From assembly GCA_964234715.1 (NCBI GenBank), contig OZ174278.1: 64,000 bases of DNA. One strand, given 5' to 3'. Below the pieces are notes generated by a model that was given only the letters and a program-made list of their open reading frames with translations, made no database searches and was not told the DNA's origin. Of the stretch, positions 14,048-28,289 are shown in pieces. The number at the start of each line of letters is the position of its first letter. Within the stretch, counting starts at the first letter, position 1. Both the position numbers and the translations under genes were made by a program. The stretch comes from Podarcis melisellensis (taxonomy: Eukaryota).

Positions 14048-14130
<83 letters not shown>
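14048..14130. repeat. Compound microsatellite (CT)n(AC)n(AG)n
   Basis: Directly visible; CT arm ~27 nt, AG arm ~42 nt. Confidence 0.95.
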
Positions 14131-14135
<5 letters not shown>

Positions 14136-15932
14136 GCTGTATGGCGGTAGCCAGTGCCTGGTCAATTAATTTATTTTGACATTGAGGCAGAAGCTTCACA
14201 AACACCTTTCTTCCCCTTCTTGGCAATAAAAATACAACTATAATAATGTAAGTAGCTAGTCATTTCTTGTCCTTTTATAAAGTCCCAAATCAGGTGCCTG
14301 AAGCAGTCTCCTTAGTCTGCCCAGTGGTAGGTCTGGAGCCTGCATACAAGTCCACCTCTTAAGCTTTTTCTTAACAACATCTTAAGGCAAAGCTGTTACC
14401 TTTGACTCAGGCTGTCACATATATTATTTAACTCTCAGCAGTGATGCAGTTATTCATAACAGATGAGGCTAAGAGAGAGATATGTTTGTGTGGGAGCAAC
14501 AAGAACCAAAAATGTTGGTTGTAGACTTTATGCCCAACTACCAAATCAATCATTTCATTACTCCCAGTAAAAGAAAGGAACTGTTAAGTATGTTTCATGC
14601 TACCACATTTGTTAGTGTGCTATGTAACAAGAGAACACACAACCATGTTTTTTTGTGGTTGCACCATATAATGGAACTCTCTCCTGAGTTATATTCACCT
14701 AGCATCTTCTTTTAGGTACTAGGAGAAATCCATCTTGTTTACCTGAGGTTTGACAGTTAAAAGTGATTTTTACTGCTCTTTTTGTTTCTGTTAGTTTGGC
14801 TGGTTTATATCTTAGGTCTTAATGTTTCTCTTTCTTTGACTCTTTTGGTTAATCAGTATTGGATTGTTTTAATTGCTTTAAGTGCTATCTAATTTGTCAA
14901 TTGATTTTGTAATTGTTTTGTGTGTGTGCATGGTTTTCTTCTGGACTTTGTAAGTCACCTTAAAAGCAAATTTGGGTGGAAAGTTGAGGCAGAATTTTTT
15001 TAAATAAACAAAGTAAATCACCCACAAAACTCCATTCCTGTCTTTCCCTCCTCCACCTTTCTACAACTTCTCACAACAATGCATTTGATTTTCACAATTC
15101 TCTTCCCTCTGTCCGCCCCTTCATAGGCAAATTCTCCATTATGTGCTCCCACCAAGGGCTATATTAATGCCAGAGCTCAGCCCAGGTATCTGCCTCCATT
15201 AGTTAACCATTCAATCCTCAACAAAACTTTTTTGCTAAAGTTCTGATCTCATTTCCTTGCTTTCTTTAGTTCCTTACATGGACACACTGCTGTTTTCAGT
15301 AAACTACCCCAGTTGTTCATACTTGACTCCCTTGTATTTTGGTTAAAATGTGTTGGATGTGGGCCAGCTCTATGAGACATATAGTGTGTCCTCTGGAATA
15401 GAGCCAGGGGTCACAGTGAAAAACAGATTCTTTAGCACAGTGTTTCCACTAAATTTACAGTCATTCTTGCTTATTCCCTAAAAGCAGAAAAGTGGTTTGT
15501 AGATGTCCTTATGGATTCACTGCCGACTGATAGGGTTTCTTTGTGTAATAAATTGGGTTAATGCCTATCAGAATGGCATCTCTGTTAATTTTTGTAATCC
15601 CGACAGTGCAAAGATTGGGCTGAGACTAGGACATATGACAGCTCAAAACTCTTTGCAACCCCATGAATTGTTTTTGGTTTGAATGTTGTTGATGGATAAT
15701 GTACCTTGGGGATGTTCCCCAAGTTCCATGCACATGTTGTTTTCTGTCCTTATTATATAACTATTGATAATGCATTGAGTTGAATAAAATCAGAAAATCA
15801 ATAAAAGAAGATTGGGTTTTTTGGAGTGTTTTTGAAAGGAATTCTACTAAGAAAGAGAGATTATGCACAATTATTTTTGATGGGCTTGAAAAGTTGAGGC
15901 TACACATTATATATATCTCTCTCTTTCTCTAG

Positions 15933-16040
15933 GCTCGTTGGGATGGTTTGACAGGGCGAATTACTTTCAACAAAACAGATGGCTTAAGAAAGGATTTCGA
16001 TTTGGATATTATTAGCCTCAAGGAGGAAGGAACAGAAAAG
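15933..16040 (+). CDS. GRIK1: GRIK1 exon (108 nt): [36 protein letters not shown]
   Basis: CT-rich tract + TAG acceptor, GTAACC donor at 16041; GluK1 ATD peptide. Confidence 0.97.
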
Positions 16041-17257
16041 GTAACCAGTTTGGTACCACTGTGTGCATGCTGTGAGCCAGACGGTGCAGACAGCAAGATT
16101 TTTATATATTCAAAGGCAGAAAAAACAATGAATATTGGGCACCATGCTGTACAAATCTCACTGAAATTAATATAAAGTATGAGCATTTTTCTTCTTGTAT
16201 GCATCTCTCAGTCATTTCAATGAAGTTTGTTCAACCAGACATCCTTGTGGTGTGCCAATTGGCAGCATTATCCTGAAGACTACACACTTAATAGAAGCAA
16301 ATAAAAGTGGGCAGTTCAAAAGCTGGTAGTTCAATTTTTATTTACCTCTTGTAGCTGATAATAATTTCCAAGTAACAACCTAGATATAATACCCTAACCT
16401 AATTAGAAGCCACCTACCTGTGCAATTAGCACAAGGAACTGTGTGTTGCACAAGCAGTTCTCCAACCGAATTTAGTAGTAGAGTGCAATGCATAAAGCCC
16501 TACAGAGTATGCTGCAAACGTGGTGATAAACAGTTTATCCCCCATTCTGTTCTCCCTACCAAACTGCTGATTGGCAACATAGCAGCTTATTTTACAGGGC
16601 TGTATGAATTCCACTTCCACTAATGCACATGCACACTGATAGACAAGGGTCCCTGTTTCTACTCTCCACATCCAATCGTCTTTGAATTATGTCTAATGTC
16701 ATCATTTTATATCCGAAATATTTTTTCAGCTATATAAAGTAATATTCATAGCACCAACCCTAAACTCTAATCTTAACAAAGAAAAAACTGATTCGTATTC
16801 CTACTGAAATAAGTGAATTGGATGGTACACTTTGGGAAAATATACACACACCTTTGGATCTTCATACATGCACAGATGCTGAAAACCAGCTTGTATATAG
16901 TTTACTGCTTAGCTCCACCCTGTTTTAGCTATGTTTTGTCTTTTTCATTATAAGTGAAGCAATGATTATTGCCCCAACCTAGTCATCTCCTCCACACACT
17001 GCAGATCCACATGCACAAGTGTCCTGCTGCACAGTTGACAGTTCTAGTGATACACTTTCTGTATGCAAAGGCAGCTGTGGGATTCCATAATGTGGGGAAA
17101 TGTTGTGAAGATAGGGCAAGGATCTACAATGCTTAGAGCTGGGGGTGGGAGCAGGGAATTGTCCTTGGCCTTGTGCTGAGTTCCGGAGGTGCTGTACAAG
17201 ATGAGCGGCAAGACCGCACCTGTCAAGGCCAGAGAAAATGTATGGACCTCTGAGTAC

Positions 17258-17340
17258 AGAATCACAGAACTGGAAAGTTGGAAGGGACCCCAAGGGTCAT
17301 CTAGTCCAACCACCTGCAATGCAGGAATATCAGCTAAACC
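17258..17340 (-). mobile_element. CR1-tailed SINE/LINE 3' fragment
   Basis: agaatcacagaa..gttggaagggaccccaagggtcatctagtccaacc..ctgcaatgcaggaat, same family as 2679 and 56957. Confidence 0.7.
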
Positions 17341-18719
17341 ATATTAAGAGTCTCATGCTCTACTGAGAGTAGGAAGAGCTCTTTTCTTCTGCATGCAGAA
17401 GAGAGCATCTGATGCAAGCAACCTATGTCTGATAACAACTACAGTCAGATGACTGTTCTTTTCTCACCATATCCACAAACAGCTGCACACATGTGCCTTT
17501 CTTACACAGAGGGAATTACTCACAGGCAAGTGTATGTTGGCCAAAGGCATTGCCGCAGCAAAGCCACTTCATGTTTATTAATAGAGTAGCACTTTTTCTA
17601 CCCCATTCTTAATTGCCCATGTCTGTCCACCTGCCTTGCGAACACTGCATTCTTTGAGAACTATGGATATGATATTTCCCCTTGGGGGCTCAATTACCTG
17701 CATGAAGAGCTTTACAGAGTCCTGCCCCCCACTCCAGTATGTGCACAGAGGTACACACAAACACGTTATCTCTGGCATTTTAATAATTGAACAGAAGGAA
17801 ATAGCTGCAATGGTAATAGGCAAGAACACACAAAAATCCCATTTCCCAGAGTGCCCTGACATGTTGGCATGCCTTTCTGCCTGCATTGAGAGGAGGAAGG
17901 GATGAAAACAGGGCTCTGTTAAGCCCTATGGGGATTCTTTCACCTGCAGGGGCTATATCTACATAAGCAAAGATCATGTCATATATATTCTGTTCATACT
18001 GCTTTCAGTCAGCTTTTGATTTAGACATCACACCCAAGCGAAAAGGTCAGGCACAGTCATATTTTATCAAGACAGCCTTGAGAAGCCTATAAACAATAGA
18101 GCTATCTAAACCCTCTATTTGTTACACAAGATGAAACATAAATAGCCTGCCTTTCTTAATAACATGCCTTGAGAAGCCGGTGGGGTTTCCCCCCCCCCCC
18201 ACTAGAAGAGCAACGTAAAACTACTCCAATCCAGAAAATTTGATTCCGCTTTACAAAAGCAGCTGCAAAGCTATTAAATCTATGTGTTGTGTGACCCCCC
18301 ATTCAAATTGATCTACTACTGACTAAATTATAGATTAACGAGCCTCTTTATATAATATGGAAGTGGTCTGTTTTTGGACGGGGGGGGGGAGATGCTGGGA
18401 CTCAGTGTGGGAAATCCACAAGCAAAAAAATTGCATTAGATTTATTTATTTATTTAATCAGGGGGGCTGTAGAGAGAAGAGATGAGGCACTGAATTCATT
18501 CTAACATGAGTAAAATTTCTAATTTAGTTAAATGAAAGGTCAGTACTACCAATTACTAAACACAATAATGTCTCAATCCTACAGTAAGTGGTTCTGTAAG
18601 TGTACATGCTATGATAAGATTGAAATGAAAATGCTAAGACTATGTAAAACCTACAGATTTGCTTTATATTTTGACTGAAGAACTGTTTTGTGTCCCTTTC
18701 TGTTCTTTTCTAAATTAAG

Positions 18720-18764
18720 GCTGCTGGTGAAGCTACTAATAATTTATATAAAGTATGGAAGAAG
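18720..18764 (+). CDS. GRIK1: GRIK1 45-nt cassette exon (GluK1-1 15-aa ATD insert): AAGEATNNLYKVWKK
   Basis: Not in the ORF track. Pyrimidine tract + AAG acceptor, GTTTGT donor at 18765, exactly 15 codons; matches recalled human GluK1-1 insert AAGEVSKHLYKVWKK at 11/15. This exon is diagnostic of GRIK1 versus GRIK2/3. Confidence 0.93.
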
Positions 18765-19555
18765 GTTTGTATATAGACAGATGATGTAAGAAACCTACAG
18801 GTTGAGTCTGAAAAAAACTCTTCCTTAGGGTTTTGACAAATGGTCTCCAATTGCAGTTTAGAGACAATAAAAGTCAGTCTTAGAATAAACTATGCTATGT
18901 AGCATAGATTTTTTTATTAACCACTACATTTTATCTATCCAGTTGTAGAGTGCTGAAGTCACAGTGAGTTTTGGCCACAATCCGCTGAGGAGTCAGTATT
19001 ATATGTAACAGCTTTCACTTTAGGGTGCAATCCTGCTATTAGCAATGCTCATTTCAAGACCCTGTGGGATTTATACATGAGTAACAAGGCAGCTGGACTG
19101 CAGCCTTAATATTTTGCAGTGATACTGGAAAAATAAAACATCTGGAGGGCCGAGGTTGAGGAAGCCTGTTTTAAGAATTCCTTTACAATAATACAGTCTT
19201 TTTCTACTGAATAGTGAGATCAGATTATGGGAGTCTGAAATGCTGATTACCTTTCCATTGTATCTGATGGCAAAGTGTACAAAACTAGGACCAAGTTTTA
19301 AACACTATCTAGATGTTACACCCTAGTCCAAAACATATGATATAGAAGTACTTTCCATTTATTTTGAGAAAGCTTACTTCCATGTAAATGCCACAAGTAA
19401 GCGGCACTGTTTGCATGCACTTAGCCTTGCCCATTAAGGAGGTTCTCCAATTAAAAGAGAAATAGTGTATGCATGAGAACAACATAAGTATTTTCCTATC
19501 ACAAAGCAGGAAGCTCTCATTGCAGCCCACTTGTTTAAACCTAGGATAATGGTTA

Positions 19556-19691
19556 NNNNNNNNNNNNNNNNNNNNNNNNNNNNNNNNNNNNNNNNNNNNN
19601 NNNNNNNNNNNNNNNNNNNNNNNNNNNNNNNNNNNNNNNNNNNNNNNNNNNNNNNNNNNNNNNNNNNNNNNNNNNNNNNNNNNNNNNNNNN
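19556..19691. other. Assembly gap (136 N)
   Basis: Run of N. Confidence 1.
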
Positions 19692-22600
19692 GCACAGTAT
19701 TATTAGTTACAGCTTCTCATCAATCTCATTATAACCTAATAAAATGCCTAATTATTAAACATATTTTAATAAGCAGTAAGCTAGTCAAAGATTTTTTAAA
19801 AACCAATTTTTCTCATCAACTAATGTGTTATGATCTGACATATTGTAACAAATTTATGTGGGCTTTCATCCCCTCTTTTCATTGTTGGTAGTTCAAGTTA
19901 TTATGCTGAATTAATTTAATCCAAATTCTAATGAATTAAAAAAATGCACTGGACACCATTTGTCATATTTTATGCTTTGAACTTGTCACTAAACTGCAAT
20001 AAATCTCCTGAATTCACCCTAGTGCTGTGGTACTTTGGTCTCGTTCCTTCAATGCCCTCTTGACCTTTCCCATAACTGTAAGGTTGGCCTACACTCTCAT
20101 TCCTTTGATGCTAGTGTACAGTGTATAAATTGTATTCTGTAAGTTTTGTGACTGTATTGTTCCATTTTTAATTATTTTTTGGTATGAATGTGTTACAATT
20201 TCCCATTGTCAACAATTCCACACTCAGTGTAAGTACATCAGGAAACCTACAGAACATTGGTTTGTGGTAGCACACACATTTTACATGTATAACCTGTAGT
20301 TCAACCTCTGCTATCTTCAGCCACAACCTTATCAGGTTGCAGGGCTGGGAAAAAGCTTTGCCTGAGATTTGATAATTGCTGCAGATTTGAGAATTGCTGA
20401 AGAGTGATAGACAGCATCGGACAACATGGCTCATTGGTCTGACTTAATACACAGTAGTTCCTTACAGTTATGACTTTATTGCAAAGACTGCAAAGAAAAA
20501 AATCTGAATCTATGAATAGTGCATCTTCCCCTCACTCCCGGCAAAGCTACATTATTATACAAGTATTTCATTTATTTTAGAATCAATACCACTGAATTGA
20601 TTTCCTCTGAAAGTGAATGAAAGAAAGCTTATAGTGAGAAAATAAAAATATAGCAATGCTATTCCAAACAAACAGAAGCAAAGAACAGGATTAGATAGTT
20701 TGTTTCATGTTGATGCTGACAATCAGCCCCAGAACCCAAAAATGGCCATTATTTTTGAGCACATTACTTCAAAGAATATAGCTTTAATCATAAAAATTAA
20801 AGCAGGAATGAGGTATCAACAGGCTGAGGCAGTAAAAACAAAGTAATTTCCTAAGAAAGCTAAGGATAGCCTGCAGGTTTTCACCCACTGAAGACCTGAT
20901 TTTTTATTATTTCATCTATAGTATAGCACTTTCCTATAATGCCTTGCATACCTGAAATATCTATAACAGCTCAAATAACAATTAATAACAATTAAGTATT
21001 GTACTTATTACCTCAAGTACAATACTTTTCAGAGAGGCAGTTCACACATTTCACTAATCATCACTGAAGAATCAACTGACAACTGACAGATAATGGCCTC
21101 TTGCCAATTTCTGATTTCAAAAATAGTGCCCATCCAGGCTGAATTAAATCTACTGGGTCATGAGAAAAGCATAATAGAACACTGACAGATCATTGGCAAA
21201 ATGGAACAGATCTGATGGATCAAGACTGAAATCTGGCAGGAAATTGACAGAATCCGATAGATCATTAGCAGAGCTTGTGTGTTTCTGCTGCTATTCGAGT
21301 TGTGTGGGTGTGAATCATTCATTGGGCTGGATCTGAAGATCTAAACTTTTAGACCTTGATACAAGTCACAGATGCCCCAAATGTGGTTTTACTGGTGAGA
21401 CCACTAAAATAATGGTCATTGTAGAAGTTCTAATGGTGACCAATGGTATATATAAGATTAGCAAGACACAGATTCAGACAGACAGCATCTTATCTGGCAG
21501 TCTTGGTATACAATATTATCAAGTGGTCTTAAAAAGCAATTTGTCCAAATTTCACTGGATGAAGCATCAAGAAATCCAGAGATGTATTAAGTATGTAGTA
21601 ATATAAATGCTACCTAGCTGGTGTATTTCACTTTCTTTCTTTCATTCTTTCATTCATTCATTCTTTCATTTGTATGCCGCTTTTCCACAAATAACTCATG
21701 CTCAAAGCGGCTTACAATAAAGAAATAGGGATGCATTTCAAACGAACTCTACAAAAACAATTTCACAAAAAACACAGCAAAACAAAAATAATAACAAAAC
21801 CACATGTCAATATTATACGTACAGTATAACAAGATTACTTTAAAAACATGCAGCATCTATTAGCAAAAATAACAAGGGTGCTTCACAGTTTCACCTTAGA
21901 AGCAGAAACACCCTCTCCATTCAAGTAAATGCCAGTTGCAGGAATACAATTAATATGCCCATTTTTTGTAATGCAGATGACAGGTACAGGGGATCAAAGC
22001 ATCCTTTGAGACTATGTGAGCTATTTGCATTGACAGGGAAGTTTTAGCACCAATGATGTAGATAGTGGAGGAGAAGGATTAAATTTATTCTCTCTGGCCT
22101 GCAGTCCCATTCCCACCCCCCACAAATCCACAAACATGTGGATTTGTGCAATCAACACATCTGCTTTGGCCCTATTCTTGGTTGTTTCACACTGGTCATA
22201 GATAGCTATTTTTCTTCCCCTGCAATTCCATTAAAGCCTAAGGGGGTGAAAAATTGAATTCATGCACAGTTGATTTTACAAGTATGTTATTGTTTGCTTT
22301 GCAGTTTACATGCATGCCACTAGATGGGATTTCAAATTCCATTGAAATAAGAAATCTGCCTCCTGAATACCTAGGCCTAAAGCACCTAAAAGTCGTCTTG
22401 TTACAAAATGCTATTGGGTTTGGAAAAAAGGCCAAGGCCAGATTTCCCTGCCTCTTTTGTTTTAATTTTCTGAGCTATCACTGATCAGTGGGTCATTTTA
22501 TTGGTTCTGTCATATACAATAGTCACAAAGTAACTAAAATAAATCTGTACCTTCAGCAGGTTTCAACAGAAGAGAAGGGCCAGTGAATATAGCAGCCTAT

Positions 22601-23076
22601 TTCAGCATATTCTATAAACTGATGGATTAGAAAGGAAAGGTTTTCTTACGTTTCCACTTCACCTTTACAAAAACAACAACCATGAACTAGACATTTAGAA
22701 CAGAAATCTAGGTGTTCCACAATGCAGGCTGGTTTGCTTAAACAAAACTATATATTTTAAATATTTTTATACATAACTAATGTAACACTTGTGACTAGGC
22801 CATCTCAGCCTGCTTTTTAATGAGCAATGTGTTTCCCTCTACTAACAATACTCATAATCCATCACTTATTATAGGTCTGTTACTTTAAAATGCAACTGGT
22901 CTGCTCCTTTAATATCCTATACAACTTGTTTGTTGCTCAATTGCTGTAAAGTACAGTATTGCCTAAAAAAATATATTCCTGGGCAGAACTGTCAATTGCA
23001 TTTTTTATATGAACTATCCTTTCCTTAACACAATTAATGAAGGTTGGCAGCCATTTATCTAATTTGTTCTATGTAG

Positions 23077-23190
23077 ATTGGGCTTTGGAACTCAAACAGT
23101 GGCCTTAATATGACTGACAGCAATAAAGACAGATCTACCAATATCACTGATTCGCTGGCGAACCGAACGCTCATAGTCACCACTATTTTG
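23077..23190 (+). CDS. GRIK1: GRIK1 exon (114 nt, ATD-S1 linker): [38 protein letters not shown]
   Basis: TAG acceptor, GTAAGT donor at 23191; N-glycosylation sequons NMT/NIT/NRT; not in ORF track. Confidence 0.96.
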
Positions 23191-23672
23191 GTAAGTTTTG
23201 GCATGCGTTGTTGCTACACTTTGTGTATTATCTTTGGTTAATTCACGTTGCCTTACTAACCACTTACTTAATCACTACAGATTTTTGTTCATTCATGAAA
23301 GGGGTGGGTGTTTTCAGCCTCAAGAAGCTTTAGCAAGGGAACTTTCCCATCCTACCCTCTCCCTGCACACCCCATAAATCTGCTACAGAAAGTGAGGAGC
23401 AGCTAATAAATGCTATAAACAAACAAATAAATAAATGTGAACTTTTCAGGGATCTTTGGGAAGCATTTCAGCTTCTTCACTAAAAATGTATACCAGACTT
23501 TTGACTCTGCCATAGTTTTATGCTACTGTACTATTCTTTATATAGTATTTATTATTCTTAAGTAGCCCATGTACAATTTTATCAGGCAATTAAGCCTTTC
23601 CTGTATTTTATCAATCACAGATGTACTTAAGAAGAATAATTTCTGAGACATGCCTTGTGTCCTTTCATGCAG

Positions 23673-23876
23673 GAAGATCCGTATGTGATGTACAAGAAAT
23701 CTGACAAACCCCTTTATGGCAACGACAGATTTGAAGGGTACTGCTTGGATTTGTTGAAGGAATTATCAAATATTTTAGGCTTCATCTATGAAGTGAAACT
23801 AGTGTCTGATGGGAAATATGGAGCCCAGAATGACAAAGGAGAATGGAATGGAATGGTCAAAGAACTCATCGATCAC
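23673..23876 (+). CDS. GRIK1: GRIK1 exon (204 nt, ligand-binding S1): [24 protein letters not shown]...MVKELIDH
   Basis: CAG acceptor, GTAAG donor 23877; canonical S1 motifs ([20 protein letters not shown]). Confidence 0.98.
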
Positions 23877-24799
23877 GTAAGATGGAATCATCTTCTTCAT
23901 GCTTGTCAACCAGCAATAGCTGGATACATATATTTAAACTAGCAGGCCACTCAGCCTTTTTAAAAATAATAATAATAGACAGAATAACCATTTGAGATGC
24001 AAGAAGAATTAGAATGGGAAAGTGTATACTGTATACACATATACTCAGGAAAGAATATGGTTACAGTTTCTGCATAAAAACAATTTTTTCCTACAAAAGC
24101 CAAATTTTCTTCACCATGTGGTAAGCAGTTTAGCTGCATCTTATAAGAACTTTGAAGGCTCCGTGTCAACAGACAAAGAAAGCTGGATAGATCACAAGGA
24201 AGTGGAAACTTATGACTACTTTTTCTCCATACATTGATTGGTCCACTGTATCTGTTTATCTTGCCACTTTGCTCCTCTAGGGTATAATCCCCAGCAGCTT
24301 TCTTTAGCAGCAGGGAGTCTTCAAAGTTCTTAACAAGCAGAGTCAGCCCATTTCTCATGTGGTGAGCACAATGCATAGTCTAGCTATTATGATATAGACA
24401 TGGAGACGTCTAATATGTACACCATTTCTCTTGGAAGCATGGGTGGGCCTATTGTAGCCACAACCACATGATGCCAAGATTATCTGCAGTGGTACATTTG
24501 TATTTCCCACATGAAAGCTTTGCTGTGAAAGTGTCAGTCTGGAAGTCCTATGGAAAAAGGCTGTAACTGCTTTAATGCTTCTTCAAGGCATCACTGCACC
24601 ACACACTCTGAATTATTACTATGAAATTAACATAGTTTGAATGATGCTATATTTCCTCCCCATTGAGCTTCAATGAGAAAGTTATTTTTCATTTAAATTT
24701 TATCAGTGCTTACAGTTATGAGCAAATGAATCTTATTTGTGTCAGTACGCTTGAGGAAAGTGGAGAAATAAAAAATGTGGGTAAATTATTATTTTTTAA

Positions 24800-25057
<258 letters not shown>

Positions 25058-25287
25058 TAAGTTGAAAGGTCATGTCTAACACTAAGCCACATTAATAACT
25101 CTTTTTCTATACATTGTACACTGACCACATACATTATTCTTGTCTCCAAAATAATGATCACATGATATTCTGTGCACTATTCTGTACATAATATTGTGAA
25201 CTCCAGAGCTTTATTATTGTAGAAACAGGAAACAGAAGAATTTGTAGAGCAGATGGGGTTTCTACAGTCAATTGGCATATTAAGAAA

Positions 25288-25606
25288 GGGGTAATGGTAA
25301 AGGGACCCCTGACTGTTAGGTCAAGTTGCGGACGACTCTGGGGATGCAGCGCTCATCTCCCTTTACTGGCCGAGGGAGCCGGCGTACATGTGGCCAGCAT
25401 GACTAAGCCGGTCCTGGAAAACCAGAGCAGCACACGGAAACACCATTTACCTTCCCGCCGGAGTGGTACCTATTTATCTATTTGCACTGCATGGTTGGCA
25501 GGAGCAGGGACCGAGCAACGGGAGCTCACCCCATCACAGGGATTCAAACCGCTGGCCTTCTGATCAGCAAGCCCTAGGCTCTGTGGTTTAACCCACAGCG
25601 CCACCC
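25288..25606 (-). mobile_element. Sauria SINE with 12-bp TSD (CATATTAAGAAA at 25276-25287 and 25630-25641)
   Basis: Reverse-complement homolog of 4801-5145, with internal deletions; direct repeat flanks. Confidence 0.9.
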
Positions 25607-28289
25607 TGTAACCTAAGGATTACTATTACCATATTAAGAAAAAAACAATACTATGTTTTTAAATGAACACTTAAAGCTCCTTTACATGGCATCACTGGCT
25701 AAAAATAGCCAGAGTTAACAAGAACAAAACAAGAATATAAGGGGGACGGGATGGGGACAACGAGAGGGGGATGTACCTTTCTACTCCATACTAAACTGCA
25801 AAATTTCCCTTTGGTGCAAATATTTCTGCAATGTGGTAACGTTGTCAACACTCTACTATATTAGCACTTGTTGGCATCCCTCTACGCAGTGTGTATGGAG
25901 GTGGTGGGCTACCCAGACAACAAGACCCCCATCTCGGTCTCACGGATGTTAGCACTATGCATGAGGTTACTTATGATGGTGCAGTTGAGAATAGAAGGGC
26001 TTCACACTGTCTCTTGACTTGACTATGGCCAGGATACGCAACATGTCACATGCACTTGGGGAGGGACTGGCAACTAGATATACAGCTGGAGTTACTTTGT
26101 ACTATAGTCTCTCTCGGCAAGGCATTTAACCAGCGCTTTCCCAACTATAACTGAGGGAAACATGAGATGCTTTGGATTTTTTATTAGATATTTTCAGTGG
26201 TCTTCCCTCCCACTTCCTGATTCAACCCTCTGTGTCTTCTACAAAGCCGTTGACTACAAAGTCAAGGCATCTTCGGCCTGGATAATGTGATGAAGCTTGT
26301 ACAATCTACCTCCCCTCATTTTGAACAATTCCCTTCCCTCCCCCCCGCACACATCCCAAGCCTTTCTTGGGAGGGGGTGTCCCCTGACCACCAGAAGAGA
26401 GACTTTATGGTTGTGCAGCACAGCCCAAGATCAATAATGAATGGACATCATCGGGCCCGTGCAGAGTTTGTCTGAGGCCCAGGGCAATCTTGTTCTTGGC
26501 ATAACTTCAGCAGGCCGAACAGGACTCCCTGACTAGCTTAGTCCTCCAAAGCCCAGGGCAAGTGTACATAACTAAACAATGTCTTGCTGAGGCACACTGT
26601 CACAAGCAGAGTGTTGGTTTGCTTCAAAGACCACTTGCAATACATTTGCAGCAATTTCAGATGCCACCTGAACTGTTTGTGCTCTCTAGAACATTTCCCA
26701 GACTCTTCCACAGTATGTGGGGATTCTGTAGCTGGCATACTGATGCAGAGAAGTTTTTTACAAAGCAAAAAGTTTAGAAACTCCTAGGCTACATCATAGT
26801 ACTGTGAATAAATCAATTTGGTTCAACCAAAGTGATTTTCAAAGTAGATCTGCTATCAAACTGTACTTTTTAGGGATGTTTCATACTTTAAAATGAACAG
26901 TTAGAGCAAAATATCCAAAAACCATATTCAACTTAGTTGTATGTGTGACAGAGAGAAAAGCAGAGAGTGAAATTAATGGTCTGGTTTTCCATGCAAATCC
27001 TAAACAAGGCTGTTGCAAGTGCAGCCACTGTTTACAGTCATAAACTCTGGCAAACTCTGCTCACTGTACCATGAATAATAGATTTGACTCTGCATGGACC
27101 ATGAGCTCATACATGACTAATAACAATCCGACCATCGTTGACAGATTTCTTTTGTCTTCTGTGTAATGAGCCAAGACTGAAACTAGCTCTAGTCTCTAAG
27201 AAAAAGATGGGTGAATATAAGTAACCTGCAACTTCCTCTCTCTTGGGCTTGATTCAGCAATGTCAACACAAGATGCTCTGAATGAATGCCAATCTCCAAA
27301 CGTTGACATACCCACCTAGTTGTAATAGCTAGATATGAGCATTTTTTGTTATTATTACCAGCTTTCTCTTCTAGCAAAGTGTTTGTGTCCTCAACAGTTA
27401 TCTGAGAAGCAGATACTTAGCAGTATTTTCCTAGCATGGAGATGAAATGATAAGAAAAGCTTCTGCCAGGCATGAGCTCTTTAGGACGCAGAAGTTCTAA
27501 CAGAAAAGAAAGGTGGAATCTCTAATGCTTCTTCCCTTTCATATCAGGACAAAATGTTTAGATGCTTCTCCAGTTATCTGGAGACGCTTTACAGATGTTA
27601 AATGCTTTTAACATTTTAGAATTTTCAACGGACAAGCGAAATGTCCAGACAACAGGTCAGGGGGCCATGAATTGCTAACTAGAATAAAAAAAACACCACA
27701 CAGGCATCTCTGCAAGCTTATTTCTTTTTTTGTAATTTTTAAAATCAGTTTTCCAATATACCCCCAATAATAGCCAAATTATAACAATAACAATTAATTC
27801 CCTAAGACAACAGCTACATAATTAATGATTTCCATTCAGGATTTTATAATATATAAATTTATAACGATTCAAGTGAGAAACTCAAACTATTATCTTTATT
27901 CTGCCCTTAATGGTGGCAGACGAGGGTTTTTGCCAGGCAAAGTGCTTTTGCACTCAGCGCCTCTCTACCTCCCACATTCCATGCCAGACCGAAAGCCAGG
28001 TACCAAAACGAATTGCAAGTGAAGCCCATTCCCCTATCCCCTGTCCCTGAGGGGAATTTGCAAGGATGATTTACCCCCTGTCATCCTTTTCGCTCGTCGA
28101 TGATCCCCCGCTGTCATGGGGGCTGCCTCCATTAAGGCAGGCAGGACTGGAAGCCCTCTACAAACTTATTTCTGAAAATAATTGATTTTCTTCATTTAAA
28201 ATTATATTTTCTTCTATTTTCAATATACCTCATTTTTATAATATGCTCACAGATATGCACACATGCACAAAAACACCCTTGAGATGTTG

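Noticed and set aside
16041-16175. In-frame extension of the 108-nt exon by 44 codons
   Set aside because: Canonical donor at 16041; the extension ends in a stop and resembles no receptor sequence.
19309-19734. ORFs containing X runs
   Set aside because: Artefacts of the N gap.
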